Assembly (NCBI GenBank): GCA_964637135.1 | Contig: CAZWTX010000017.1 | Location: 1-48,658, forward strand | Direction of reading: 5' to 3' | DNA: 48,658 nucleotides | DNA from: an uncultured Methanospirillum sp. | GTDB lineage: Archaea > Halobacteriota > Methanomicrobia > Methanomicrobiales > Methanospirillaceae | Translations under genes and position numbers: made by a program | The notes under the pieces: model-generated | The model's input: the letters and a program-made list of their open reading frames with translations, nothing else | Databases searched by the model: none | What the model was told of the DNA's origin: nothing | Part shown: one piece after another, positions 20,095 to 30,124 of the stretch | Numbering within the stretch: position 1 is the stretch's first letter | Layout: each line of letters starts with the position of its first letter

Positions 20095-21351
20095 ATGTAC
20101 CTCCTGATGACGATAGGGACAGGGATCGGAACCGATCCTACGGATGCAACCGAAAGGCTCATCAGGATAAGCACGTATGTGGTCTGCCAGTTCAAACCGG
20201 AACGGGTGATTTATCTCTGTTCTGAAGAGAGCAGGAATGTTATCCCGCAGATAGAAGAGGCATGCAGGAATATGCACCAGACTCCTCCTCCTCCGGCGGA
20301 AATCTGCCTGATCGATAACCCGACAGATTTTACCCGGTGTTTTGAGGTGATATACGGGATGGTGTCCCTCTTCTCAGATAATGAAGTCGTCATCAATGCC
20401 AGTTCAGGAACCCGGGCGATGACCATGGCGGCATCCATCGTATCGTTCATGACCCGGACCAGTCTCACCTATGTCACCGGTGAAAAGGAGGCAGGGCTTG
20501 TTATCCCCGGAACAGAACAGATGCGGGAGATGACCCTGTATTCCGCGTATGACCGGCTCCAGCTCAGGCAGGCAATCGGGTTGTTCAATAATACCCATTT
20601 CGGAAGTGCCCTTCGTCAGCTCAGCGGGATATCATCGACACTTGAGGAACAGAGCATATATTATGGTATTTTTTCAGGATACTGGTACTGGGATACCCTG
20701 GATTATAAAAAAGCGTATGAATACCTCAGCAGTGCTCCTGATCTTCACGATCTGATCCCCGCAAACCGTGAATTTCTCCGCGTTCTCCTGGACCTTGACG
20801 AAAAAGATGAGAGGATCTACCCGAGGAAACAGCGAATGGCTGTCAGGCAGGAAAAATACACATACATTCTCGTCGATCTCCTGAACAATGCCGGGCGGCG
20901 GATCGACGGTGAACGGTACGATGATGCCCTTGCCAGACTGTACAGGGTTGTTGAACTGCTCTCACAGGTACTCCTGCTCAACTATGGTATCGATGACAAC
21001 GAGGAGAAGATACAGTTCTCCGACCTGAGAAAGATGATCCGGGACAGAAAAGATCTCTCGACATATGCAAGAAAAGCTGACCGGAGCGGCATTATCAGGA
21101 TCGGACTCCGGTACAAGTTCATGCTCCTTGAGGATCTCGGGATGCACGGGGCAAACCGGTGGTATTCGCAGCTGCAGAACTATCTCGAACTCAGGAATGA
21201 TTCAATTCTTGCCCACGGACTGAAGCCGATCGCCGGTGAAACGGTCAGGGGAATGTGGGATGATGTCCATCAGGTCATCCAGGAAGCATGTCGTGATCTC
21301 CCGCTTCATCTGGAAGAACTCCGGATGCGATCGCAGTTCCCGCAGTTATAA
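20095..21351 (+). CDS. CARF-HEPN protein, TIGR02710/Cas02710 (Csm6/Csx1-like) family
   Basis: CARF motifs LMTIGTG and INASSGTRAMT; DLLNNA.RR...RYDDALARLYR..EL; HEPN RNDSILAHG. Confidence 0.85.
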   Translation: MYLLMTIGTGIGTDPTDATERLIRISTYVVCQFKPERVIYLCSEESRNVIPQIEEACRNMHQTPPPPAEICLIDNPTDFTRCFEVIYGMVSLFSDNEVVINASSGTRAMTMAASIVSFMTRTSLTYVTGEKEAGLVIPGTEQMREMTLYSAYDRLQLRQAIGLFNNTHFGSALRQLSGISSTLEEQSIYYGIFSGYWYWDTLDYKKAYEYLSSAPDLHDLIPANREFLRVLLDLDEKDERIYPRKQRMAVRQEKYTYILVDLLNNAGRRIDGERYDDALARLYRVVELLSQVLLLNYGIDDNEEKIQFSDLRKMIRDRKDLSTYARKADRSGIIRIGLRYKFMLLEDLGMHGANRWYSQLQNYLELRNDSILAHGLKPIAGETVRGMWDDVHQVIQEACRDLPLHLEELRMRSQFPQL

Positions 21352-21427
21352 TCAGGATCGGGTATCACGGTAAAAAAAACCGGGAACCAGAGTCTTTTGA
21401 GGTCTGCCTTCCAACAGGTACCTATCG

Positions 21428-22648
21428 ATGAACCTCTCATCCTGCCCGAAAAAATACCAGGAGGAGACCCACCGGACCAGGTCTCCGGAAGAGACATACC
21501 AGGCAGTCAGTCACCTGACCGTGAACGCCGGCATCACCAGGGTCGCCGATATTACCGGACTAGATCGCCTGGGAATCCCGGTCTTCTCCTGTATCAGACC
21601 GGATGCCGCGGAAGGGGCAATATCCGTGTACAACGGAAAGGGGGTAACTGAAATGGCTGCCCGGGTATCTGCAATCATGGAAGGGCTGGAACGGTACTCG
21701 GCCGAGATCCATGACCGCGAGATCATCACCGCACCATACGAGGCAATGGCAGGAGAGAGACGGACCCTCCTTCCTGACCTCCTTATTCTCCCTGAATATG
21801 CCGAGACCGGATTTCCCCTTCCCTGGTACCCGGGCTATGACATCATGCAGAACGAGCTGGTGTGGGTTCCGGCCCATGCTGTCTTCCACCCGGTTCCACC
21901 CCTGATGGGCCGGCTCTTTCGGACGAGCACAAACGGGATCGCATCAGGGAACACCCTTGAAGAAGCGGTGCTACACGGCCTGTGCGAGGTGATCGAACGC
22001 GATGCCTGGTCACTATCCGAAGCAGCAGGAAAGGGCGGTCCGGTTGTCACCAATATCTCGCACCCGGTCGCCCTTTCCCTGATAAACCGGTTTTCTGCCG
22101 CCGGGGTTGACGTAATGATTCGTGATATCACGAGTGATGTTGGTATCCCGACCATCGTTGCCATCGGCGACGATGTGGAACTGAAAGATCCAACGCTCCT
22201 CTGTATCGGGATGGGCACCCATCCCTGTGCCGAGATAGCTATCCTTCGTGCCCTGACCGAGGTTGCACAGAGCAGGGCCACCCAGATCCATGGAGCACGG
22301 GAGGACACCCGGGAAGGCCATTTCAAGCGGCAGATCGGGTATGACCGGGCAAAACGACTCAACCGGAAATGGTTTGCCGTCGAAAGCAGTATTCCGTATG
22401 GAGCGATCTCCTCGGTCAGAACAGATGATTTCCTCGATGACATTCATGTCATTCTGGATCACCTCAGGGCGATCGGGATTGACCGGGTTATTGTGGCAGA
22501 CCTGACCCTTCCCGGGATCGGGATTCCGGTGGTACGGGTGATCGTTCCCGGCCTTGAACACTATGCCATGGACAATGAACGTACAGGAGAGCGGTGCAGG
22601 AATGCCAGACGTCGTTATATTCCTGGGTCCGAGCCTCGAACCGGATGA
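21428..22648 (+). CDS. ycaO: YcaO-family McrA glycine thioamidation enzyme
   Basis: GITRVADITGLDRLGIPV, YNGKG, MEGLERYSAE, TNGIASGN, EVIERDA, TEVAQSR, PVVRVIVPGLE. Confidence 0.93.
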   Translation: MNLSSCPKKYQEETHRTRSPEETYQAVSHLTVNAGITRVADITGLDRLGIPVFSCIRPDAAEGAISVYNGKGVTEMAARVSAIMEGLERYSAEIHDREIITAPYEAMAGERRTLLPDLLILPEYAETGFPLPWYPGYDIMQNELVWVPAHAVFHPVPPLMGRLFRTSTNGIASGNTLEEAVLHGLCEVIERDAWSLSEAAGKGGPVVTNISHPVALSLINRFSAAGVDVMIRDITSDVGIPTIVAIGDDVELKDPTLLCIGMGTHPCAEIAILRALTEVAQSRATQIHGAREDTREGHFKRQIGYDRAKRLNRKWFAVESSIPYGAISSVRTDDFLDDIHVILDHLRAIGIDRVIVADLTLPGIGIPVVRVIVPGLEHYAMDNERTGERCRNARRRYIPGSEPRTG

Positions 22649-23240
22649 AGCCGCGGGCATTCTCCCGGGTGATTACCGTCCTCCCATCAAACGGGGTGAC
22701 CTGGACGGATTTACCACGAGAAAGCCGGATCTCGTCATCATCATCGACGGGCTGTTTCTCGAACAGGCAGCTGTCGGTCACAAGGAGATCCTCGGCCTGC
22801 TCAGGGCAGGGATCCCGGTGATCGGGTCATCAAGCATGGGAGCGCTCAGGGCTGCAGAACTCGAGCCCTTCGGAATGATCGGGATCGGGGAAGTGTTCCG
22901 GCGGTACCGCGACGGGATCATCGAGTCTGATGATGATGTCGCCCTGATCTGCGACCCGGTGACACATACAGCCCTCTCCGACGCACTTGTGAACATCACG
23001 ATTACGATGGAATCAGCCGTCTCCAGTGGCATTCTCTCGAAAGAGGAGGCAGAAGTGATCGGAAAGACGGCACGTGATCTCTATTACCCTGACCGGACCT
23101 GGAAGCGGATCCTGAAAAATGCACCAATATCCCGGGATAGGGCTACCATACTCGCCGAATGGGTGTCAAAACACAAAATAGACCAGAAAAGGAAGGATGC
23201 AGGAGAGGCACTCAGGTATGGAGCGGAGTTGATGACATGA
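22602..23240 (+). CDS. tfuA: TfuA-family thioamidation partner
   Basis: IFLGPSL, PPIKRGD, IIDG.F, HKEIL, SSMGALRAAEL, DDDVAL, DQKRKDA. Confidence 0.93.
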   Translation: MPDVVIFLGPSLEPDEAAGILPGDYRPPIKRGDLDGFTTRKPDLVIIIDGLFLEQAAVGHKEILGLLRAGIPVIGSSSMGALRAAELEPFGMIGIGEVFRRYRDGIIESDDDVALICDPVTHTALSDALVNITITMESAVSSGILSKEEAEVIGKTARDLYYPDRTWKRILKNAPISRDRATILAEWVSKHKIDQKRKDAGEALRYGAELMT

Positions 23241-23983
23241 ACACCGGCAGGAAGGTATTCCAGGTTCAGGGAAGCGATCGGTACATCAGACAGATCCCTC
23301 TGATCAACAGAGAAGGACAGGAACGTCTCTCCCGGGCAACTGTCTTCATAGCCGGAGCAGGAGGCCTTGCATCGCCAGTGGCCACGTACCTTGCCCTTGC
23401 CGGTGTGGGTGAAATCATCATTGCCGACGGTGACCGGGTTGAAGAGTCCAATTTTAACCGGCAGTTTCTCCATTCGACGCGGGATCAGGGAAAACAAAAG
23501 GCATACTCTGCCATATCCACCCTGAACCTTCTGAACCCAGAGATATCGCTTGTTGCCATTCCCGAATTCATTGATGAGAAAAACGCAGGAGAGATCGTAA
23601 AAGATGCCGATATCATCATTGATGCAGTCGATTCGTATAAGACACGGTTCCTCCTGAACAGGATCGCACATAGTCATGGCATACCCCTTGTACATGGGGC
23701 TATAGAAGGATTTGGCGGTCAGGTAACCACCATCATCCCTGGTCAGACACCCTGTATTGCCTGTCTCATCCCGGATGCCCCCCCAGTTAGAACCGTTCCG
23801 GTGATCGGGGCGGCTGCAGGGGTGATCGGATCGATACAGGCGATGGAAGCGATCAAACTGATAACCGGGATCGGAAAGCCGTTCGCCGGTGAACTCTTCA
23901 TCTGGGACGGGCTCTGTGGCCGGACCGATCTCCTTCCCTTCAAAAACCGGCCGGATTGTCCCGTCTGCGGAAAACAGGGGTGA
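23237..23983 (+). CDS. ThiF/MoeB/HesA family E1-like adenylyltransferase
   Basis: RY.RQI, GAGGLAS, D.VE.SN.NRQ, CIAC and CPVC Zn motifs; ATGA overlap with tfuA. Confidence 0.9.
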   Translation: MNTGRKVFQVQGSDRYIRQIPLINREGQERLSRATVFIAGAGGLASPVATYLALAGVGEIIIADGDRVEESNFNRQFLHSTRDQGKQKAYSAISTLNLLNPEISLVAIPEFIDEKNAGEIVKDADIIIDAVDSYKTRFLLNRIAHSHGIPLVHGAIEGFGGQVTTIIPGQTPCIACLIPDAPPVRTVPVIGAAAGVIGSIQAMEAIKLITGIGKPFAGELFIWDGLCGRTDLLPFKNRPDCPVCGKQG

Positions 23984-24010
23984 AGGTCCGGCTGGTCAGG
24001 GATCCCGGGA

Positions 24011-24754
24011 TCATTCCCTGACGATGATATCCTGATCCCCGAACGGGTTCATCCGGGCAGATAATGAGTAGAGGTACGGGTAATGTACCTTCAGGTGCCC
24101 GAGGTACGTAATCCAGGAGAGGGTGGTATTCTTGTACACCCGCCTGATATCACCGGTCAGGTGTGCCAGGTCTGTCCGGGGGAGATCACGGCAGTCTTTG
24201 CGGTACTTGAGTTCCTCGGTCAGGTGGAAGACCGCACGGAGCACCTCGGAGAAAGACTCGTGCTCAAGCATCACCGGGTTTTCCAGAATCCGGATCAGAA
24301 AGTCCTCCTTTGCGACAAGAAGACTGCGAAGGTCCCGGAGATCATCGTCGGAAACGGAGGTAGTGAACGCAAGACCTTCTGCTTTTTTCCTGACATCCTC
24401 CACCCGGCTGCTCTCCCATGACGAGGGCAGACCAAGACAAGAATGGATCAGTTCACGGTCGGTATCATGTTCATACAGGAACCTGAGCAGGCTGATGCCG
24501 ACTTCAGAATGGAACGTTCCGATCACCATGTTCAGCTTCTCCAGTTTCTCTGCCAGTGACCGCTGCTCAAGCATATGGTGAATAACCAGGCTCACGAGGA
24601 GGACTTCAACCGGGAGGAATGCTATGTCGTGGATCGTGTAGATGAGGATGTGATGGAGATCATGGAAGATAAACAGATGAATCTCAAACAGGATCACTGA
24701 AAGAGCAAGAAGACTCGCTCCGAAAAGAATGAGCCATCTCCGGTACGAAAGCAT
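24011..24754 (-). CDS. Hypothetical protein with two N-terminal TM segments
   Basis: Long ORF, hydrophobic N-terminus then soluble helical region (KLNMVIG.F.SEVG, ENP.MLEHESF, HYPYLYSL..R.NPF). Confidence 0.75.
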   Translation of the reverse strand: MLSYRRWLILFGASLLALSVILFEIHLFIFHDLHHILIYTIHDIAFLPVEVLLVSLVIHHMLEQRSLAEKLEKLNMVIGTFHSEVGISLLRFLYEHDTDRELIHSCLGLPSSWESSRVEDVRKKAEGLAFTTSVSDDDLRDLRSLLVAKEDFLIRILENPVMLEHESFSEVLRAVFHLTEELKYRKDCRDLPRTDLAHLTGDIRRVYKNTTLSWITYLGHLKVHYPYLYSLSARMNPFGDQDIIVRE

Positions 24755-24853
24755 ACACTTCTGTTCGCCGGTGATCCTGATTACTCCTCGTGACAACCCA
24801 CCCGTTTGCCAGAGGCGATCTCTCCGGATACCGGAGGATATGAAAATGAGGTG

Positions 24854-26140
24854 TTAGTGTTTTTCCCACCGGAGCAGGTTCATCACCTGTGAGAGGGTTT
24901 TTCCCGCCCTGATCTCGGCACGGATCCGCTCTTCCGTCTCTTTCACGAGAAGGGAACGCCGGGCAATCTCATAGGCGTGTTCTTTCGGAATCACCACGAC
25001 GCCGCTTTCATCAGCAACAATCCAGTCACCGGTTCTGACCACCTGCCCGCAACAGGTGATCTCTGCCCCGATCTCCCCGAATCCTTTTGGTTCACCGGCA
25101 TTGGGGACCGTTGCCGTTGCCCAGACGGGGTAGTGGAGGGCCCGGATATCGTCAAGGTCGCGAACCGCCCCGTCGATGATAACGCCCTCGATCTTCCGGT
25201 TCAGGCAGCTGTGTGTTGCCAGTTCTCCCCAGGGGGCAACACGGGTGCACTGATCATTACTGATTACGAGCACGTCACCCGGTCCGGCCTGATCAATCGC
25301 TTCCACCGGTTTTGCCCAGTCACCACCGATCGTCCAGACGGTCAGTGCCTTCCCGACTGCCTTTGTCCCCGGGCATATCGGGACGATCCCTGCCATGGCC
25401 CCTTTGCGATGCATCGCATCGCTCACATTCGGGGATGATACCCGGGAGAGAATGGCGAATATCTCGCTCTCCGGGTCAGGCCGCGTTGGTTGGGACGAAA
25501 GACCGGTATCGATGGCTTCCCTGACTTCCCGGGCGGCAGCGGTCACATCATCAGCACGGATCACCGCTCCCCCGACGATCACTACCGAGGCACCATCGGC
25601 AACGGCGGCGGCGGCCCGTGTTGCATCGAGCCCGCCGGCAGCGGCGACCGGGATGGATACCCGGCCGGCAAGTTCACGAAGGTGCTCGGAGACCTCCCTG
25701 CCGGTCATCTGCTGATCGATCCCCACATGGAGACTGAGCACATCGACCCCGGCAGCTTCGAGTTCGACGCCCCTGCTGACCGGATCCGGAACAGAAAGGA
25801 GATCCCCCATGATCTTCACCCCGTATTTTCGTGCCGCCCTGACCGATTCCCGAATGACTGCGTCATCGGAAGACGCCAGCACACACACCACGTCAGCTCC
25901 CGCTTTTGCAGCCATTTCAACTTCCAGTGCTCCGGTATCAGCCGTTTTCATGTCGGCGACGATCACCATCCCGGGAAACACCGTTTTCAGCCGGCTTACA
26001 GCAGTCATGCCCTCACTCTTGATCAGGGGAGTACCTACTTCGAGCCAGTCCGCTCCACCGGCTTTCGCCTCCTCTCCGATCCGGACCGCACGGTCAAGTT
26101 CGACAAGATCAAGCGCCACCTGCAGAAGGGCTCTCTTCAT
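24854..26140 (-). CDS. hxlA: Bifunctional 3-hexulose-6-phosphate synthase / RraA(MenG)-like protein
   Basis: LQVALD, EVGTPLIK..G, ADMKTADTG, HVGIDQQ; C-terminal NVSDAM, WGELA, IDGAVRD, ADESGVV. Confidence 0.9.
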   Translation of the reverse strand: MKRALLQVALDLVELDRAVRIGEEAKAGGADWLEVGTPLIKSEGMTAVSRLKTVFPGMVIVADMKTADTGALEVEMAAKAGADVVCVLASSDDAVIRESVRAARKYGVKIMGDLLSVPDPVSRGVELEAAGVDVLSLHVGIDQQMTGREVSEHLRELAGRVSIPVAAAGGLDATRAAAAVADGASVVIVGGAVIRADDVTAAAREVREAIDTGLSSQPTRPDPESEIFAILSRVSSPNVSDAMHRKGAMAGIVPICPGTKAVGKALTVWTIGGDWAKPVEAIDQAGPGDVLVISNDQCTRVAPWGELATHSCLNRKIEGVIIDGAVRDLDDIRALHYPVWATATVPNAGEPKGFGEIGAEITCCGQVVRTGDWIVADESGVVVIPKEHAYEIARRSLLVKETEERIRAEIRAGKTLSQVMNLLRWEKH

Positions 26141-26280
26141 ATTGTACCAGCTCTCCGTGACTCACCTTAAGGATATGGCCCCTCCCCGGGAGAAGACAGG
26201 AAGGAGGAATCTCTTATGCAACCGCGAACCATAGATCCATATGGCATCCGGATTGGGATCATCCGGATAGGGGTTGACTG

Positions 26281-27951
26281 ATGACTGGGGAACTTTCATT
26301 CAGGATGATCATGCTCTGCGTGGTTATCCTTTGTACCGGGGGATGCGCCATCTGCTGGCCGGTCCTTGCAGATGAGAATATGACTACCGTGATCGGGAAC
26401 GAAACATATGCCGTGGATGAAACCGGTGCGGCGTATGTTCCCGGAGAGATCATCGTAAAATACGAAGACGGGACCGTGGCAGCCCTCGCCGCTGCAGGAC
26501 AGGGACCGGCGGAACTTGAACCGCTTGGTGCGGAGGTTGCGGAAGACTTCTCACAGGATGGCATCAGCGGCCTGCAGGCGCTCAGTATCAGCGAGGATGT
26601 CTCGGTGAAAGATGCGATCACCGAACTCGAGCAGTCACCGTACGTTGCGTATGCGGAACCAAACTACGTGATATCGCTCTCCCTTCCCGAGGAACCGGAA
26701 CCGGTACCGACAGACGATGCTGCTTCTGCACTCTCGGCTCTTTCATACCCGAATGATCCGAAGTACAGCGAACAGTGGGGCCTCTCGAATACCGGCCAGA
26801 CCGGAGGGACGGCCGGGGCGGATATCAGTGCAGCGGACGGCTGGAGCAGGACCACCGGGTCTGCGGATATCATCGTTGCGGTGATCGATACCGGTGTCGA
26901 CTATACCCATCCTGACCTTGCGGCGAATATCTGGACAAACCCGGGGGAGATTGCCGGAAACGGGATCGATGACGACGGAAACGGATACATCGACGATGTC
27001 CATGGATGGGACTTCATCAACAATGACAACGATCCGATGGATGACAACGGCCATGGAACACATTGTGCCGGGGTTGTCGGTGCTGTCGGAAACAACGGGG
27101 CAGGTATTGCTGGAATTGCATGGAATGTCAGGATCATGCCCCTCAAGTTCCTCAAAGCCGATGGAAACGGAGATACGGCAGCATCCCTGAATGCTGTTGC
27201 GTATGCGAGGAAGATGGGGGCTGATGTCGTCAGCTGTTCCTGGGGTGGATCTGCACGCAGCCAGGCCCTTTCAGATGCCATTTCAGCCACAAATGCCCTC
27301 TTCCCCTGCGCAGCAGGGAACACGGGTGTGAACAATGACGGCGGGGCACACTATCCCTCAAACTTTGAACTCGACCAGATCATCGCCGTGGCCGCCTCTG
27401 ATGCAAAGGATGGAAAACCCTCATTCTCAAATTACGGAGCAACAACTGTTGACGTGGCAGCACCGGGGGATGCCATTCTCTCGACCTATCCGACCGCCCT
27501 CGGGTATTCGTTCGTCAAGATGAAAGGAACATCCATGGCCACTCCGCATGTAGCAGGCCTCGCTGCCCTCATGCTGGCGATGGATCCAACCCTGACACCG
27601 GGCCAGCTGAAGGAGAAGATCATCAGTTCTGTTGATTCCCTTCCGGCTTTTTCAGGAAAAACTGTCAGCGGGGGCAGGATAAACGTGCAGAAAGCATTAC
27701 AGGCAGTATCGGGAGGTGGCTCAGCGGTTGTTGCCCTCCCTCTCCAGTCAGGAGTCCCCCGCGATCTGAACGGTGACGGAAGATACGAGGATATCAACGG
27801 GAACGGCAGGGGAGACTTCTCGGATGTTGTTCTCTACTTTAAAAATATGGACTGGATCAGTTCACATGAACCGGTCGAAGCCTTTGACTTCTCAGGAAAC
27901 GGACGAATCGACTTCACCGATGTGGTAACCTTGTTTAAATCGATCTCCTGA
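26281..27951 (+). CDS. Secreted S8 subtilase with propeptide and C-terminal dockerin-like domain
   Basis: Triad VAVIDTG / GHGTHCAG / GTSMATPH; propeptide PGEIIVKY...AEPNY; tail DLNGDG..EDINGNG...DFSGNGRIDF. Confidence 0.93.
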   Translation: MTGELSFRMIMLCVVILCTGGCAICWPVLADENMTTVIGNETYAVDETGAAYVPGEIIVKYEDGTVAALAAAGQGPAELEPLGAEVAEDFSQDGISGLQALSISEDVSVKDAITELEQSPYVAYAEPNYVISLSLPEEPEPVPTDDAASALSALSYPNDPKYSEQWGLSNTGQTGGTAGADISAADGWSRTTGSADIIVAVIDTGVDYTHPDLAANIWTNPGEIAGNGIDDDGNGYIDDVHGWDFINNDNDPMDDNGHGTHCAGVVGAVGNNGAGIAGIAWNVRIMPLKFLKADGNGDTAASLNAVAYARKMGADVVSCSWGGSARSQALSDAISATNALFPCAAGNTGVNNDGGAHYPSNFELDQIIAVAASDAKDGKPSFSNYGATTVDVAAPGDAILSTYPTALGYSFVKMKGTSMATPHVAGLAALMLAMDPTLTPGQLKEKIISSVDSLPAFSGKTVSGGRINVQKALQAVSGGGSAVVALPLQSGVPRDLNGDGRYEDINGNGRGDFSDVVLYFKNMDWISSHEPVEAFDFSGNGRIDFTDVVTLFKSIS

Positions 27952-27954
27952 AGC

Positions 27955-28470
27955 CTACTCATCCTTTTTTTCCGACCATTCTTCGAAGAAGACGATCTCT
28001 TTTGCAGCCTTTTTTGCCGGCATCTGGATCTCCTTCGGATACCCGGCCGCAATCAGGGAAACGAGGGTATATTGATCAGGAACCTTAAGCAGCCTGCGGA
28101 CCGCATCTGCATACTCTTTTTTATCTCCGGCAACCCAGCAGCTTCCCACACCATACGCCTGGAGACAGAGGATCATGTTTTCGGTGGCAGCACAACCGTC
28201 TTCAAGGTAGTATTTCGCATTTTTTTCTGTGAAAACGGCAAAACATGCCTTTGCATCTCTGATAAAGGTTCCGTGGTCGGTGAGATCGGCGAGTTCTTTC
28301 AGCCGGGCAGGGTTCGTAACCACTCCGAAGAGCCAGGGCTGCAGGTTCATTGCAGTTGGAGCAAGTCTGGCACACTCGAAGACATCACGAATGATCTCGT
28401 CTGATATTCCGGCATCGGTATACGAACGTACACTTCTGCGGGATTTCATGATGGTCGCTCCAAGATTCAT
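27955..28470 (-). CDS. Nitroreductase family protein
   Basis: RRSVRSY, APTAMNLQPW, GVGSCWV. Confidence 0.9.
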   Translation of the reverse strand: MNLGATIMKSRRSVRSYTDAGISDEIIRDVFECARLAPTAMNLQPWLFGVVTNPARLKELADLTDHGTFIRDAKACFAVFTEKNAKYYLEDGCAATENMILCLQAYGVGSCWVAGDKKEYADAVRRLLKVPDQYTLVSLIAAGYPKEIQMPAKKAAKEIVFFEEWSEKKDE

Positions 28471-28512
28471 GCAATGTATTAGGATCCTGCAGAAAAAAAG
28501 GTACGGGATTGA

Positions 28513-29559
28513 TTATCCCCGCCTGATACCAAGGAGCACCACGAGGGCTGCAATTGGAATGAAGGCATACAGGGGAGTTTCCCGGGTCTGTACCGGGGTA
28601 ACCGGTGAGATGGGAGCAGTCGTGACCGGTGTCGCCGGGGTACCCGTCTCCCGGACAGCCGGGGTTTCAACGACGGTGGTGGCCGCGGGAGACGACGTGG
28701 TCGGCATTGGTGTTACCGGGCTGGTTCTCTCTATCACCGGGATAGTCCTTACCGGGGTGACGGAAGACAACTCTTCGCTTCCTGCGGCGAATAAGGATTC
28801 TGCCTCCCCGGCTGTTATGGCAGTATCCTTACCGGATTTGATCAGGGGATTACTCCCCTGGATGAGGACAGATATCTCCTCAGACACGCCGGCACCGACC
28901 ACCGGATTGTTGTCACCCAGCCGGTTCAGTGCCCCTTTTGCATGGATACGATACGTTCCTGCTTCTTCGTCACCGGTACTCCAGACCGGGCCAGTGGAAT
29001 ACAGCGATGACACAGTCCGTACCCCTTCAAGAGAGAATGAACCTGACGGCCCCTGGACGGAAGAGTACTCTGCTCCTCCCGGGTTTTTTATGATGATATC
29101 CACCGGTCCGCCGGCCCCGTCACCCCGTCTTCCGGCCTCGTAGAGATTTGACTCTATCTTGAACGATACCACGTCTCCCCGGGGAATCCATTTACCGGTT
29201 GCATCAAACCCGGCAGTCTCATCATAGATGGTAATCCTCAGCCGGGGCTCCTTGACCTGTATCGCCGATCCTCCCTCCGGGTACCGGTACCATGGTCCTT
29301 CTTTTCCCGAAAACGTGGACGGGGCAACGTAGAACGAGGAGGGATCCGGCACGGTGATGATATCCGCCGGAGCAGAGGATCTGGCACTCCCCGGAGCCCA
29401 CCAGGCAATCTGGTCACCGGATGCCAGCCCTGAACGGGTGATGTCAAGTCCTTCTTCACCGATGAAGACCGTGCCCCCCGGGGCAATCTCGTTCAGGGCT
29501 GCAGCAGAAACCCACGGGAGGAGAAGGAAGAGGAGAAGGAGCGTGAATGATCTGTTCAT
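28513..29559 (-). CDS. DUF3821-like cell-surface protein with T/P-rich linker and C-terminal anchor
   Basis: Signal peptide, GGTVFIGEEGLDIT, Thr/Pro-rich tract, TPL + TM helix + RR tail. Confidence 0.8.
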   Translation of the reverse strand: MNRSFTLLLLFLLLPWVSAAALNEIAPGGTVFIGEEGLDITRSGLASGDQIAWWAPGSARSSAPADIITVPDPSSFYVAPSTFSGKEGPWYRYPEGGSAIQVKEPRLRITIYDETAGFDATGKWIPRGDVVSFKIESNLYEAGRRGDGAGGPVDIIIKNPGGAEYSSVQGPSGSFSLEGVRTVSSLYSTGPVWSTGDEEAGTYRIHAKGALNRLGDNNPVVGAGVSEEISVLIQGSNPLIKSGKDTAITAGEAESLFAAGSEELSSVTPVRTIPVIERTSPVTPMPTTSSPAATTVVETPAVRETGTPATPVTTAPISPVTPVQTRETPLYAFIPIAALVVLLGIRRG

Positions 29560-29641
29560 ACCGTCACTACGTTCACCGGGAAGATAAGGATTCCCTGACG
29601 AAAAAGCAGGTATGATATACCCGTTCCTCACATGAGTTGAT

Positions 29642-30124
29642 ATGGCTCAGGCTACCTTTGCGGCTGGCTGTTTCTGGGGTGTTGAGGCTGTATTTCAGCA
29701 CCTGCACGGTGTCCTGCAGACCCGTGCGGGATACACCGGTGGCAATACCACTGAACCAACCTACCAGCAGGTCTGTTCCGGTACCACCGGCCATGCCGAG
29801 GCCGTGGAGATAGAGTATGATCCTGCCCTGATCACGTACGGGGATCTGCTCACCACGTTCTTCTCCATCCACGATCCAACCGAGATCGATCGGCAGGGCC
29901 CTGATGTCGGCAGCCAGTATCGCTCGGTCATTTTTTATCATACATCTGAACAGATGGAGACTGCACGGGACCATATCGCCGGACTCACCTCGTCAGGAAG
30001 ATGCCACCGGCCGATCGCAACGCGGGTCGAACCAGCCGGGACATTCTGGCCGGCAGAGGACTATCATCAGTCGTACTTCATGAAAATGGGACATCGGTAT
30101 GGCGGAAAATCCTGTTATGACTGA
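29642..30124 (+). CDS. msrA: Peptide-methionine (S)-S-oxide reductase
   Basis: GCFWG, GYTGG, TGHAEAV, HDPT, QYRS, AEDYHQ. Confidence 0.95.
   Translation: MAQATFAAGCFWGVEAVFQHLHGVLQTRAGYTGGNTTEPTYQQVCSGTTGHAEAVEIEYDPALITYGDLLTTFFSIHDPTEIDRQGPDVGSQYRSVIFYHTSEQMETARDHIAGLTSSGRCHRPIATRVEPAGTFWPAEDYHQSYFMKMGHRYGGKSCYD

Noticed and set aside
21428..23983. ycaO-tfuA-thiF as a RiPP (thioamitide) biosynthetic cluster
   Set aside because: No precursor peptide or transporter adjacent; the sequence fits the methanogen McrA-modifying type
26246..26268. ATCCGGAT twice, upstream of the subtilase
   Set aside because: CCGG-centred palindromes are very common in this sequence; likely chance
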